DNA of 59,049 bases, the filler included. It is 4 parts of 4 records of this genome, joined end to end, with 100 filler letters (N's around TTAATTAATTAA, not from the genome) between each part and the next. Parts side by side here need not be neighbours in the genome. Positions count along the whole stretch, not along the records: positions 1 to 29,295 come from DRR723986_30217; 3 more parts are not named here. One strand, given 5' to 3'. Under the pieces are notes generated by a model, which did not search any database, was not told the DNA's origin, and worked only from the letters and a program-made list of their open reading frames with translations. Both the position numbers and the translations under genes were made by a program. How positions within the stretch are numbered: position 1 is the stretch's first letter; the number at the start of each line of letters is the position of its first letter. This document shows, one piece after another, positions 1 through 10,052 of the stretch.

Positions 1-429
1 TATCAAGTCCATCCACGGTACTGATTATTCTTTTCTCCTGATTTTCAATGACCGAATAACATTCGTACTCTAAAAAACCTAAATACACCTCATTTAATTT
101 GGATATCCCTTTAGCCTGCACTCCATTTCGTTTTCCAAAAACTCACCTTTTTAAAAAAAAACATCACAGATTTTCTTGTCAAAAAACGAAATAGCCCAAA
201 CCCGATAAGTTTATGGTGGAAAACCGAGGGCAGCAGATCTATAGATAAAAATTAGGAAACACTTAGATAACTGGTTGACAGTAAATTAATTTGACTGAAG
301 TAATAAAAAATTGACAAATCTTGAAAGACCAAAAACTAAAGCCTTATATACTAATCACTTAGCAGTCAGCTCGAAAACGTAGTTAGGAAAGTATATCCTT
401 TTCAGACTTAAGTATTTAGAAAGTAATTG

Positions 430-456
430 GTTGTTTAACCTATCATGTTAAACAAC
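430..456. repeat. Perfect 10-bp inverted repeat GTTGTTTAAC-N7-GTTAAACAAC
   Basis: Read directly at 430-439 and 447-456; abuts the hairpin at 457-495. Function unknown. Confidence 0.6.
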
Positions 457-495
457 AAAACCCACAACTAGTAGTTCTACTTAGCTGAGGGTTTT
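457..495 (-). terminator. Probable intrinsic terminator of the 527-928 gene
   Basis: Imperfect inverted repeat AAAACCCACAACTAGTAG..CTACTTAGCTGAGGGTTTT with flanking A/T runs, about 30 nt past the stop codon. Confidence 0.5.
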
Positions 496-526
496 CCTGT
501 TTAATGCAACTTAAGTGAATGACCTA

Positions 527-928
527 TCATCTTAACCAATTAATTAATGTCTGGTAACCCACCCCTATTTCTCTAGCAAATGCAGCCTTAGTTTTTTTGC
601 CTGTTGCCTCTACTTTAGCCCATTCTTCTACAATTTTATTTTTCTCAGATTCACTGAAAGATCTTCTTTTGGAAGATTTTACTGCTACATCCTTTCCTGA
701 TACCAGGGAGATTAATTCATTCAATTCATTTATGAATTTAGTATCTTCCAGGAAAAGTCCAGCAGCTTCTAATTTCTTAATTACTTCTTTCTTCGGATTG
801 ACAGGAGTGACTGCTATTCCACTACTGGCAGCTTCATGCAAATCAATCTGTTTTCCATCTCCAGTAACATAAATAAAACCATCAGCATTTTTAAGATCAG
901 CTATAGCTTCTTTAATTAATTCTCTCAT
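527..928 (-). CDS. Small protein with C-terminal helix-turn-helix (transposase OrfA-like HTH), 133 aa
   Basis: C-terminus KRRSFSESEKNKIVEEW...KAAFAREIGVGYQTLINWLR matches an HTH pattern; no catalytic transposase domain. Confidence 0.75.
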   Translation of the reverse strand: MRELIKEAIADLKNADGFIYVTGDGKQIDLHEAASSGIAVTPVNPKKEVIKKLEAAGLFLEDTKFINELNELISLVSGKDVAVKSSKRRSFSESEKNKIVEEWAKVEATGKKTKAAFAREIGVGYQTLINWLR

Positions 929-1414
929 GTTGTTTTGTATAGGTAAAAACTATCAATTTTATATATCATAATTATACATGAATATGCACTTAAAGGCTCC
1001 CTTTAATCACTAATAAAATAACATATTCTAAATTCCATAATTTACATGTATCTGTAACTCCAATCAACCCTATATTGATTTTTAATAAGTCATAGCCAAT
1101 CGCCACTTCTTTTTCAATCCCAACTATCAATTTCCGTAAGTTCAAACAAATGAAAATTAATACAAAAGAAGTGAAGAGGCAGCATTTATCCTTTATTTAG
1201 TTGCCTATTAAAACTAGAAATACTATTTTGTTTAAAGGTGCAACCTTTGGATGCTTTTCCCCGATGAATTTATACCAATATGGTAATAGTGGTTGTCGAT
1301 ATGAAATAATCAAATGGACAACAAACTTAAAAAAACACATAGTTCTTAGAATCAATCATCTGCCTTAATTGGATTAAACTTCCTGTTATTTAACCCTCAA
1401 TATCTTGTGCCTCT

Positions 1415-2440
1415 ATGAAAAAACTCCAAATCCACTCACTTCCGCTCAAAGAGGTAATTGCAGATATAGCACGTGGTTTAGATTCAAGCTTTGTAAATGA
1501 CTGTGGAGAATACACCGTACATCTTCCTGCTGCTTGGGGCTCTGGAGTAATCAAAGGAATTAACTTTGAAGGGGGGTTGGGATTATTGATTTACGCTTGT
1601 ACGTTCAACTGCGATCTGGAAATGAGCTTTACAGTAAACCTCACTCATCCTTTAAAATTTCTATTCTGCCTGGAGGGTAACCTTTCGCATTATTTTGAGC
1701 AGGATGAACAATCCCATTCCCTGCAGCAATACCAAAATATCATTGTAGCGAGCCAAGGAAAAAATGGTCATGTGCTTCAATTTAGTGCAAATACGTTTAC
1801 TGAGATTTACAGTCTGGAAGTTGATAGAGAAAGGTTTAAAGCGAAAATGGCCTGTGAATTAAAAAAGTCGAAACCAGGCCTACAATCTATATTTGAAGAC
1901 GAAAAAGCATCCCAAACATTTTATTACAATGGCGTTTATAGCTTAGTGCTTGGAGAATTATTCGATGAAATGAAAACTCAACAACAAGATCATCTTATAC
2001 GAAAAATATCTTTGGAAGGTCAGGCCTACAGAATGCTTGGACAGCAATTAATACAATATGATGATGATCTAGAGGGAAATTCCGATAAAAGGATACTTCG
2101 CAAATCAGAAGCCCATGCGATAAAGGAAGCGGTAGGAATTATGAAATCAGAGCTTGATTCGATAACCTCAGTCAATTTGATCGCTCAGCGAGTTGGTTTA
2201 AACTTAAAAAAATTCCAGAACGGCTTTAGGCATTTTTATGGTAAAACTGCCAATGAATATCTTCAATATTTGCGCCTAAGCCTAGCCAAGGATCTATTAA
2301 TAAATACAGACGATAGCTTACAGGAAATCAAAGAGAAAGTTGGGTTTAGCAGTCAGAGTTATTTTACCGAACTCTTCAAAAAAATATACCATACCACTCC
2401 TTCCAATTTCAGGAAAGAATATAGAAAAAACCAAGTCTAG
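1415..2440 (+). CDS. AraC family transcriptional regulator
   Basis: C-terminal double HTH (IAQRVGLNLKKFQNGFRHFYG...KVGFSSQSYFTELFKKIYHTTPSNFRK); N-terminal sensor-type domain. Confidence 0.93.
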   Translation: MKKLQIHSLPLKEVIADIARGLDSSFVNDCGEYTVHLPAAWGSGVIKGINFEGGLGLLIYACTFNCDLEMSFTVNLTHPLKFLFCLEGNLSHYFEQDEQSHSLQQYQNIIVASQGKNGHVLQFSANTFTEIYSLEVDRERFKAKMACELKKSKPGLQSIFEDEKASQTFYYNGVYSLVLGELFDEMKTQQQDHLIRKISLEGQAYRMLGQQLIQYDDDLEGNSDKRILRKSEAHAIKEAVGIMKSELDSITSVNLIAQRVGLNLKKFQNGFRHFYGKTANEYLQYLRLSLAKDLLINTDDSLQEIKEKVGFSSQSYFTELFKKIYHTTPSNFRKEYRKNQV

Positions 2441-2567
2441 CCGGAACAAAGTTGGCCATAAAGTTAAAGTAAGAATAGATCGGCTGGATTATTGTCGGCT
2501 TTATACTTTTTTAAACACAAGTTGAGCTCAAAAAACTCATTTGAATTATTACAAATGATAAAACGCA

Positions 2568-2999
2568 TTACTTTTTAGCCAAAGTTTCTTTTGCCCCAAT
2601 GTAAGCTACTTTGCAGGCGTCTATAAAATCCCGAGCCCAAAGACTTCCCAAAATATCGCCGTTCTCAATTGTTTTAAAACAATATTTTTTACCTTCAGAA
2701 ATGGGCAAATTTTTACCAAGAAAAATTTCTTGAATCTGAAAATCAGCATTCATATGAACCGTATACGCATCAAGATTCTGTTCCGTTTGTCCAACTTCCA
2801 GATCTACAGGAATTTCAATATAGCTCAATAAGCATGTTTGTTTACCCGTTGAATGCCATTCAATCCATTCTAAACATTTTTGCTCCCTGTTGAAAACTGC
2901 CTCTATTCTAAACACTGGCAAAGTACCTTCCAACTGTCTGGATCTCACCTCCATAAGCTGATATTCAGCTGAAAAAACTACAAATACGGTATCCATCAT
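2568..2999 (-). CDS. Hypothetical protein, 143 aa
   Basis: Clean ATG-started ORF in AT-rich DNA; no recognisable motif. Confidence 0.6.
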   Translation of the reverse strand: MMDTVFVVFSAEYQLMEVRSRQLEGTLPVFRIEAVFNREQKCLEWIEWHSTGKQTCLLSYIEIPVDLEVGQTEQNLDAYTVHMNADFQIQEIFLGKNLPISEGKKYCFKTIENGDILGSLWARDFIDACKVAYIGAKETLAKK

Positions 3000-3672
3000 T
3001 TTCTTTTTAAAGTATTACTACATAGCCCCGTAATCACTAAGAAGGCGCATATTACACATTTAACAATAATCCCTTTATCGATTTAGAATTAATAAATAAC
3101 GAAATAGAAACTAAGGAATTTTCCAAGAAATAAGGTATCCCTTATTGCATAATCATGGCCAAAACAGGATTCAAAAGTAAAAAGTGCTAGTAGAAATGAA
3201 TATGACTCAAATACTAAGCGGAATGCAGATTATTTTTAGACTCTCAGATAATCTACCATAAAGGCATTGATCAATTAGAAGCCACAGAATTGTACTTTGC
3301 TAGGGCATACTTCCTAGTCTTTGGCATTTCTTTGTAGCGAAAATAGCTTTAGTAAGACTTCCCATTATACCAGGTTTAGTCCTATTCATAAATACTGCAG
3401 GTTATAGGAAGCACTTCTTCGAATTTAACGCTTAATTCTTTTATTTTAGCCACCAGCCTAATTCAGAATCGACGGAAAATTAAAAAATAAATCCATCTCA
3501 TTTCTTAAATAATAACAACCTTAAAATCATTTGATTAGCAACTAATGCTAGTGTCAGTAATTTCAAATTCACAGAATTCAGAAAATTGAAAATATTGGAT
3601 TTCAAATTGACCTCAATTCGAACTTTTACATAAGACATTTAATGTCCTTTCTTTCATTAGGAACAAAAAAAC

Positions 3673-4170
3673 CTATAGATTTTGAAAGGATCCTCGCTTT
3701 ATTTCATTCTCTAAAGCAAGAAAATGACTTAGTTCACCACCTGAACTTGAAATAGGAATTATAGAAATCTCGCATAGGTAAACTTCCCCATTCTTTCTAT
3801 AGTTTACAATTGACTCTGTAAAGCGTTTACCCGTACTTAACTGCTGTCCGAAATTGCGAACCCTTTCCGTAGCTGAGGTTTTTCCTTGGAGAAAAGCCGG
3901 GGATTTCCCAATAGCAAAATCAGGAGAATATTCCGTCATTCCCTGAAACCCTTCATTCACATATAAAATTTTCTGATCCAGATCAGTTAGAACAAGCGCT
4001 TGGTATACTACAGCTAATTCTTTTTTAAGGTCAACATCCCAATTATACAATTCTGAATACTTAATAAGTTTATTGAACTCCTCTAGTTTAAGCTGCTTGA
4101 ATATGCTTGTCAGTTTACAAATATCCCAACTCAAGAGGGGAAAACTAGTATAGATACTATTTTTACTCAT
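3673..4170 (-). CDS. Stand-alone PAS (LOV-like) domain protein
   Basis: ALVLTD..ILYVNEGFQGMTEYS..AIGKSPAFLQG..IVNYRKNGEVYLCEISIIPI..HFLALE. Start placed at ATG 4170 (MSKNS) rather than the upstream start at 4230. Confidence 0.85.
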   Translation of the reverse strand: MSKNSIYTSFPLLSWDICKLTSIFKQLKLEEFNKLIKYSELYNWDVDLKKELAVVYQALVLTDLDQKILYVNEGFQGMTEYSPDFAIGKSPAFLQGKTSATERVRNFGQQLSTGKRFTESIVNYRKNGEVYLCEISIIPISSSGGELSHFLALENEIKRGSFQNL

Positions 4171-4238
4171 TAATTCTAATAAGATCCTACAATAAATATA
4201 TGATAAAAACTTGATAGGGTTTAGAAACACTCTGGATG

Positions 4239-4427
4239 TTAAGAAACCTTATTTTTTATTTTAGTGTAGAGATAAATCAAAAGAATTAAGGCCAATACAA
4301 ATAAGATTGCCCCCATAAAAAACTCGATGATTTTCATCACCAGCGTAAGCACCACAATGGCCCCGAGTAAAAGAATCCCTAAAATGATCAAGCCAAATTT
4401 TTCCATACTACTATAGTTTTTTTTCAT
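4239..4427 (-). CDS. Small membrane protein, 62 aa
   Basis: Two hydrophobic segments flanked by Lys-rich termini. Confidence 0.7.
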   Translation of the reverse strand: MKKNYSSMEKFGLIILGILLLGAIVVLTLVMKIIEFFMGAILFVLALILLIYLYTKIKNKVS

Positions 4428-4615
4428 TTTTAAATTAACTTCTATACAAATATTGTTCTAATTAATATCCTCGTGCTTGCCTTTGAAATAGTCGGCATTA
4501 TTAAAATCCTAGGTATGCAATTGCTTTACCATGTTGCTGTCGCATTGATTTTACCTACAGCCGAAAAAGCTGAGGATGAAGTATCAATGAAAAAGCGGTT
4601 TCTCTAGAGATAAAC

Positions 4616-5246
4616 TTACTCTACTTTGACCGTTCGGTACACCCTTAGTTCAAATTTCTTTTCATCCAGTTCGAAATAATAAGCAGAGCCCCACCAAATA
4701 TGATCCTGCAACCCTTCAGAATAAGGCTCAATTTTCGGTAATCCCGGAGGATTTGGAAATATAGGATTGGGTTAGGTTTTGCAAAGCCAACACCATTTAG
4801 ACTGTTATAAAACTCCAACGTTTTTCTTCTTCCCATTTCAGCATCTGTTTCACCATTTTCCAACTCGTATCGAAATACATCCACCCAACTATAACCTGCT
4901 CAGGTGATCCTCTGCTAACTCACAGCTGTAAACGACCTTCAGAAATCAAATCGGCAGCACCTACATTTTCCGCCATGTACAATGGATTTTCATATCGCAT
5001 ATCGATGACACCAGTTCCGATTTCAATTTTGTGAGTTTTAGCTCCAACAGCAGCCAACAATGGAAATGGAGAAGCCAATTGCTGGGCAAAATGATGCACC
5101 CGAAAATAAGCCACATCCATTCCAATTTCTTCGGCAGCAACAGCCAGATCAATGGACTGAAGCAAGGTATCGCTTGCAGAATTGGTAGTATAAGCAGGAT
5201 GATTGGCCCAATGTCCGAAAGACAGAAACCCTATTTTTTTTTTCAT
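4616..5246 (-). pseudogene. LLM-class flavin-dependent oxidoreductase (luciferase-like) pseudogene
   Basis: MKKKIGFLSFGHW..YFRVHHFAQQLASPFPLL..GRLQL, then TGA in place of Gly. The reading continues VSRGSPEQV, then after two frameshifts (YELENGETDAEMGRR; FPNPPGL..EPYSEGL..IWWGSA) it is truncated. Confidence 0.88.
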
Positions 5247-5337
5247 AAACTTTAATGTTTTCTTATTTCCTATCTGAGTAGAATAAACACTTCAGTAAGT
5301 AATCTCAAAAAAAGGCAATTTTAAAAATCTGTTCAAT

Positions 5338-5368
5338 TTGAGAATAAACTCAAGAGGATTATTCTCAA
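5338..5368. promoter_or_regulatory. Inverted repeat TTGAGAATAA-N11-TTATTCTCAA, possible operator
   Basis: Perfect 10-bp arms, about 90 nt upstream of the LLM pseudogene start in a divergent intergenic region; function is inferred. Confidence 0.3.
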
Positions 5369-5701
5369 TATACTTTTGCTACTCCTTTGCTTCTGATACG
5401 TTGTAGAAAGGCAAGACAATCTTAATCCTATACATTGTATTCTACCTAGCTATGCATTAGGGTAATATAAATGCTACTTTACTCCTACTTCAGCAAAGGG
5501 GATAAAATTTAATTTTCAATGCATAAAGGTGAACTACGTATTAATTATCCTGTGGAATACAAACGAAATGCTTTTGTAAAGCAAACAAACCCCAGAATAA
5601 AATGATTTGCCTGTAAACTTTAAACGCAATGCATCCTTCCACTCAATATTCTCGTTTCTTAATTTCAAACCAATCTGTATACAGCCCAGCCATAGCCAAG
5701 A

Positions 5702-6001
5702 ATGAATAGATTAAAAATACATTTCGTCGAAAAAGAAACCACCGCTTCAGGATCGATAATAATAAGTAAAATTGGTGGAATCAATAACACAGGAGAACGA
5801 TGGGTAATTTCTGCAGAAAAGGCCATTGAAGGGATTAATAATGGATTATGGGACTTTTTTATGTTAGAAAATCGCCATGAAATCCCTGTTAAAATCTCCA
5901 AGTCTGAAAGTGGTAAATTTGTGTTAGTTGCAATTGGTGAAGGGTATTTGCACAACCTATTAGAAGACTTGCCTGAAATAATAAAAGAAGAGGTTATATA
6001 A
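5702..6001 (+). CDS. DUF3892-like small protein
   Basis: Pattern IGG..N..GERW..S...AIEGI..G.WDFF....GK..L......NLLEDLPE resembles DUF3892 proteins. Confidence 0.7.
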   Translation: MNRLKIHFVEKETTASGSIIISKIGGINNTGERWVISAEKAIEGINNGLWDFFMLENRHEIPVKISKSESGKFVLVAIGEGYLHNLLEDLPEIIKEEVI

Positions 6002-6005
6002 AGTT

Positions 6006-6450
6006 CTAATTCAGGAGTTCAGCATGTTCCGCCTTCCCTATAACCTCCACTACATTGGGATTTTCATTTCTTGAAGTAACCAATCAGGGGATGGTGTAAG
6101 CGGCCATTTTTTCCATTGAAACCGGATCATCATTTCTTTAATTCCTCCTTGCCCAAATCTGGTTCAATTCATTTCTTAGCCTTGCCAAGATCTAAAATCA
6201 AGGGCATGCGCCTTTTGATGTTGTGAATTTGTACCATCAATGGATTGGCTTCTGTGGTAATTATAGCGTAGGTACGTTGGGTTCCCCCGTTTCTTAATCT
6301 GTCAACTCCTCCCCAATGAAAAACACCTGGACCTTCCGGGTGTATGAAGTAAGGATAGGTTTTACGCTAATAATATCTCTATTCATAATAACCTGTTACA
6401 AGAATTATACAACGCCGCTTAAATATTGCTGTACGAGCCGAGGGCAGTTC
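6006..6450 (-). pseudogene. SOS response-associated peptidase (SRAP/YedK/HMCES) pseudogene, C-terminal part
   Basis: Manual minus-strand translation: ELPSARTAIFKRRCIILVTGYYE*RYY*RKTYPYFI..TYAIITTEANPLMVQIHNIKRRMPLIL..KK*IEP..(frameshift)PVSMEKMAAYTIP*LVTSRNENPNV. Absent from the ORF track. Confidence 0.85.
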
Positions 6451-6916
6451 AACATTAAGAGAAAGAAGAAACGGAGTAAACCATCAAAGGCAAGAGCTCT
6501 GGCTTTATGAAGTTCACAGGGTAAATTGGCAGAAAAGGGAATAGAAAAATCAACTCTTTAAGAATTGCTATTTTAGGTTAAGATAATTAATTATTCGATT
6601 AAAAAAGATATCCCAGTAAGATAAAATTTCAGCAGTACCTCTAAAAAACTTTATCATGATATTATATCCCATTACGGATCTAATTCCCTTCCCAGCGGAT
6701 ATTGCCTAGAAGGAAACGGTAATTTTTTGCAATAAAAATTTCTTCCAAAAAACTTTAACGTTCTTACTAAAATGGGATATAAACTAGTATTTTGGACCAG
6801 AATATGAACTCAATCAGAGTACAAACAATCATAAAAGCTTCTAAAAATGCATAGGAATAAGGCCTATTTTTTCCTCATTTTTTTGAATTGCATTTAATCA
6901 GATTTGTCCTAAAAAC

Positions 6917-9106
6917 ATGCGATTTACTTTTAGAACGATTCCTATTTTATTGTTTTTCCACCTAATTTGGACGGGTGCATATGCGCAAAACCAAGTTATT
7001 GATAGCTTACTATCAGAGTTAGAACTCCATACAAATCAAGACACTATACGGGTCAACCTTCTAAATGAACTTGCTTTCTCCTTTTTCAGCAGAGACATTT
7101 CAAAATCACTTGATTATTTGAGCGAATCTAAGGAGTTGGCAGATGCTATCGGATTTAAAAAAGGTAAGGCAAGAAGTATTTTTATCAAGGGCATAACAGA
7201 AGCTATCCAATCCAATTATGAGCAGGCTTTGGATTATTATGACCAGGCACAAAAACTATATGAAAGCCTGGCGATTAAAAAAGGAATAGCTAGCTGTTAC
7301 AATGCTATGGGGATCACTTATAAAAATAAAGGCGAGCTCAGGAATGCGATCGAGAATTATAAAAAAGCAATAGCTATTGAAGAAGAAATCGGAAGCGATA
7401 ATCTTTCAGCAAGTCTTTTGAATTTAGGAGCTGCATATGAAGAATTGGGTGAATTTAATGAAGCCATTTCTCATTTGAATAAAGCGATTTCGATAGCCGA
7501 AGCAAATCAAAACGAGCAGTGGATTTCCTACAGTCTGAACAATTTGGGAAACGTCTACATGCAGCAAGGCAATTATCCGCTAGCCCAGGAACATTTCAAA
7601 AAATCTTTATATAAAAATGAGTTACTGGGAGACAGCATCAGTATGGCTCATAACCTTGGGAATATTGGGACGATTTACAAAGTCCAGAAAGATTTTGAAA
7701 AGGCGATGGAAAGTTTTGAAAGCGCTTTGGGAATCTATGAGCGAATGAACAGTAAGCAAGGGGTTTCCAATACCTTGAATGGAATTGGAACCGTTTATGA
7801 AGATCTGGAGGAATATGAAAATGCCTTGAATAGCTATTTTAATGCCTTAGAAATAAGTAAACAAATAGATGCTACCAGTGAAATCCCCTATATTCTAAAT
7901 AATATCGGGGGAACCTATCTAAAACTTAATGACCTTGCCAACGCAAACAGCTACTTCACTAAATCAGAAAAAATCAGTTTAGAAATTGAAAACGTCGAGA
8001 CATTATCCGGAGCCTATATCGGACAGTCCAGAATTTTAGAAAAGCAAAAAGCATATGGCCCAGCTTTGTCCAAGGCGCTGAAAGCCAATGAAATTTCCAC
8101 AGCTTCGAGGTTCTTAAACTATCAAAAAGAAGCCTCCGAAATGCTATCCTTAATTTATGAAGCAACGGGAAATTATATGGAAGCGCTCAACAGCCATAAG
8201 CAATATAAAATATTGGACGACAGCCTTTTCAATAAGGAAAACATAGAAAAAATAGCCCAATTGGAATACGAATATAAATACAAGTTGGAACTGGATTCTG
8301 CCAATATCAGAGAGTTGAAGTTAACAAAAACCGTTTTGGACACCTCTCAGGATTTGGCAAAAACGAGGCAGAATTACCTATGGGCCATTATAGGAATTCT
8401 ATTGATTTCCATAGTCTTGGGAACTTTGATTTTTATTGAAAAGCTGAAAAACGAAAAATCCAAAACCAAAAATGTCATCGTGGAGCAAAAGCTACTTCGC
8501 TCTCAGATGACCCCACATTTTATTTTCAATTCTCTCTCCGTACTCCAAGGGATGATTCTCAATAAAGAGGAAAGTAAATCAGTGAACTATCTCTCCAAAT
8601 TTTCCAAACTTCTGCGAATCATATTGGAAAATTCCAGGGATAAACTGGTTTTGCTCTCCAAGGAAATTACTGCAATTGAGATTTATCTTTCACTCCATAA
8701 TCTGGAAGACAATCAATTCAATTTTTCAATTCATGTGGCAGATCAAATTGACCCGACAGCGATAAAAATCCCTCCTATGCTTATTCAGCCATTTGTCGAA
8801 AATGCGATAGAACACGCATTTAATGGGCAATCCGGAGAAAATAAAATTGATATTTCTCTTAGGCTAGACCAAGGACAACTTATCTGTACCATCTCTGACA
8901 ATGGAGTAGGAATAGATTCACATGAGGGAAATCGATCAAACGCCAAAAAATCTTTGGCTACCACTATCACTTCGGAGCGGCTAAAAATACTTTCCAAGGA
9001 CCTTAAAATGAAAGGAGAAATAAGCATAGCCGATAGAACCAAATTCAATGAAAAAGGGACCCTAGTGACTTTGACAATCCCCTATAAACTAAGCCAAGAA
9101 TCATGA
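6917..9106 (+). CDS. TPR-repeat LytS-type sensor histidine kinase
   Basis: Signal peptide, many TPRs, one TM (YLWAIIGILLISIVLGTLIFI), H-box LLRSQMTPHFIFNSL, IPPMLIQPFVENAIEH, DNGVG. Confidence 0.94.
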   Translation: MRFTFRTIPILLFFHLIWTGAYAQNQVIDSLLSELELHTNQDTIRVNLLNELAFSFFSRDISKSLDYLSESKELADAIGFKKGKARSIFIKGITEAIQSNYEQALDYYDQAQKLYESLAIKKGIASCYNAMGITYKNKGELRNAIENYKKAIAIEEEIGSDNLSASLLNLGAAYEELGEFNEAISHLNKAISIAEANQNEQWISYSLNNLGNVYMQQGNYPLAQEHFKKSLYKNELLGDSISMAHNLGNIGTIYKVQKDFEKAMESFESALGIYERMNSKQGVSNTLNGIGTVYEDLEEYENALNSYFNALEISKQIDATSEIPYILNNIGGTYLKLNDLANANSYFTKSEKISLEIENVETLSGAYIGQSRILEKQKAYGPALSKALKANEISTASRFLNYQKEASEMLSLIYEATGNYMEALNSHKQYKILDDSLFNKENIEKIAQLEYEYKYKLELDSANIRELKLTKTVLDTSQDLAKTRQNYLWAIIGILLISIVLGTLIFIEKLKNEKSKTKNVIVEQKLLRSQMTPHFIFNSLSVLQGMILNKEESKSVNYLSKFSKLLRIILENSRDKLVLLSKEITAIEIYLSLHNLEDNQFNFSIHVADQIDPTAIKIPPMLIQPFVENAIEHAFNGQSGENKIDISLRLDQGQLICTISDNGVGIDSHEGNRSNAKKSLATTITSERLKILSKDLKMKGEISIADRTKFNEKGTLVTLTIPYKLSQES

Positions 9107-9840
9107 ATGCACTGGTCATTGAAGACAAGGCCTACATCAGAAAAGGCCTGATCAATTTACTCAACTCAGTCAGTTCTGATGTTAATATCATTGGTGAATG
9201 TGAATCTGTCAAGGAAGCCGTTATAGTCGCTAATGCCTGCAAACCTGAGCTTGTTTTTTTGGACATCAACCTTTCGGATGGAACGGGATTTGATTTTTTG
9301 GATCAAACCGAACATTTGGACTTTAAGGTCATATTCATTACAGCTTATGAAGAATTCGCACTCAAAGCACTCAAAATCGGGGCTGTAGATTACCTGATGA
9401 AGCCTGTTGACCCAGAAGAGCTTCAAATCGCATTGAAAAAAGTGCAAAGCAAAAGTTCGGTCCAACAGAAAGAGCAGATCAATCAAACTAAAAAAGTCTG
9501 GTACCAAGATGATTCCACGCTTGTACTTTCTTTAAGCGACAGCTTTCAGGTTATCGACCTAACCGAACTGATGTATTGCGAATCAGATAAAGGCTATACT
9601 ACTTTTCATTTATCAAACGGAAAAAAATACATGGCTTCCAAACCCATCAAAAACTATGAGGAACAACTTGAAAAAGTCCATTTCACTAGACCCCATCAGT
9701 CTTTTATGGTGAACCTGAAGTTCATTGACAAATACGATAAATCAGGAACCATTTACTTAAAAAACGGAAAGCCAATCCCCGTTTCCTTCCGAAAAAAAGA
9801 AGCTTTTTTGACAACTTTTCTAGAGTTCAACAGGCTTTAG
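9103..9840 (+). CDS. LytTR family response regulator
   Basis: REC domain (IED, FLDINL, FITAY, YLMKP) plus LytTR domain (CESDKGYT, FTRPHQSFMVNL, IPVSFRKK); 4-nt overlap with the kinase. Confidence 0.95.
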   Translation: MNALVIEDKAYIRKGLINLLNSVSSDVNIIGECESVKEAVIVANACKPELVFLDINLSDGTGFDFLDQTEHLDFKVIFITAYEEFALKALKIGAVDYLMKPVDPEELQIALKKVQSKSSVQQKEQINQTKKVWYQDDSTLVLSLSDSFQVIDLTELMYCESDKGYTTFHLSNGKKYMASKPIKNYEEQLEKVHFTRPHQSFMVNLKFIDKYDKSGTIYLKNGKPIPVSFRKKEAFLTTFLEFNRL

Positions 9841-9873
9841 AATTTCTTCTTATGTACAAAAACGTTCTTATCC

Positions 9874-9926
9874 CCAATTTTCAAACAAACGGAAACCAGT
9901 CAACATTTCACTAATATACAGTTAGG
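9874..9926 (+). promoter_or_regulatory. Possible LytTR-type direct repeats with 22-bp period
   Basis: CCAATTTTC (9874), CCAGTCAAC (9896), ACAGTTAGG (9918); degenerate, upstream of the 10053 gene. Confidence 0.3.
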
Positions 9927-10052
9927 TAATACGGATATAGACTGCCTATTTCACCACAACAAAAAATTGCCAAGATTGATCTTAAGATTTCAGGGATTCA
10001 AGGTATAACAAACCCTGGATCACTTTTTATAAAATTTAAAAGATCAATTCAA

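Noticed and set aside
1-135. Short minus-strand open frame running off the left edge (..QAKGISKLNEVYLGFLEYECYSVIENQEKRIISTVDGLD)
   Set aside because: Too short, with no recognisable motif or clear start; cannot be supported as a gene.
430-456. Palindrome with GTTTAAC/GTTAAAC ends as an integron attC or dif site
   Set aside because: Far too short for attC, does not fit the 11-6-11 dif layout, and no integron integrase is present.
527-928. Insertion sequence
   Set aside because: Only an HTH; no DDE or other transposase core, terminal inverted repeats or target duplication seen.
6316-6510. 64-aa plus-strand ORF
   Set aside because: Antisense shadow of the SRAP pseudogene.
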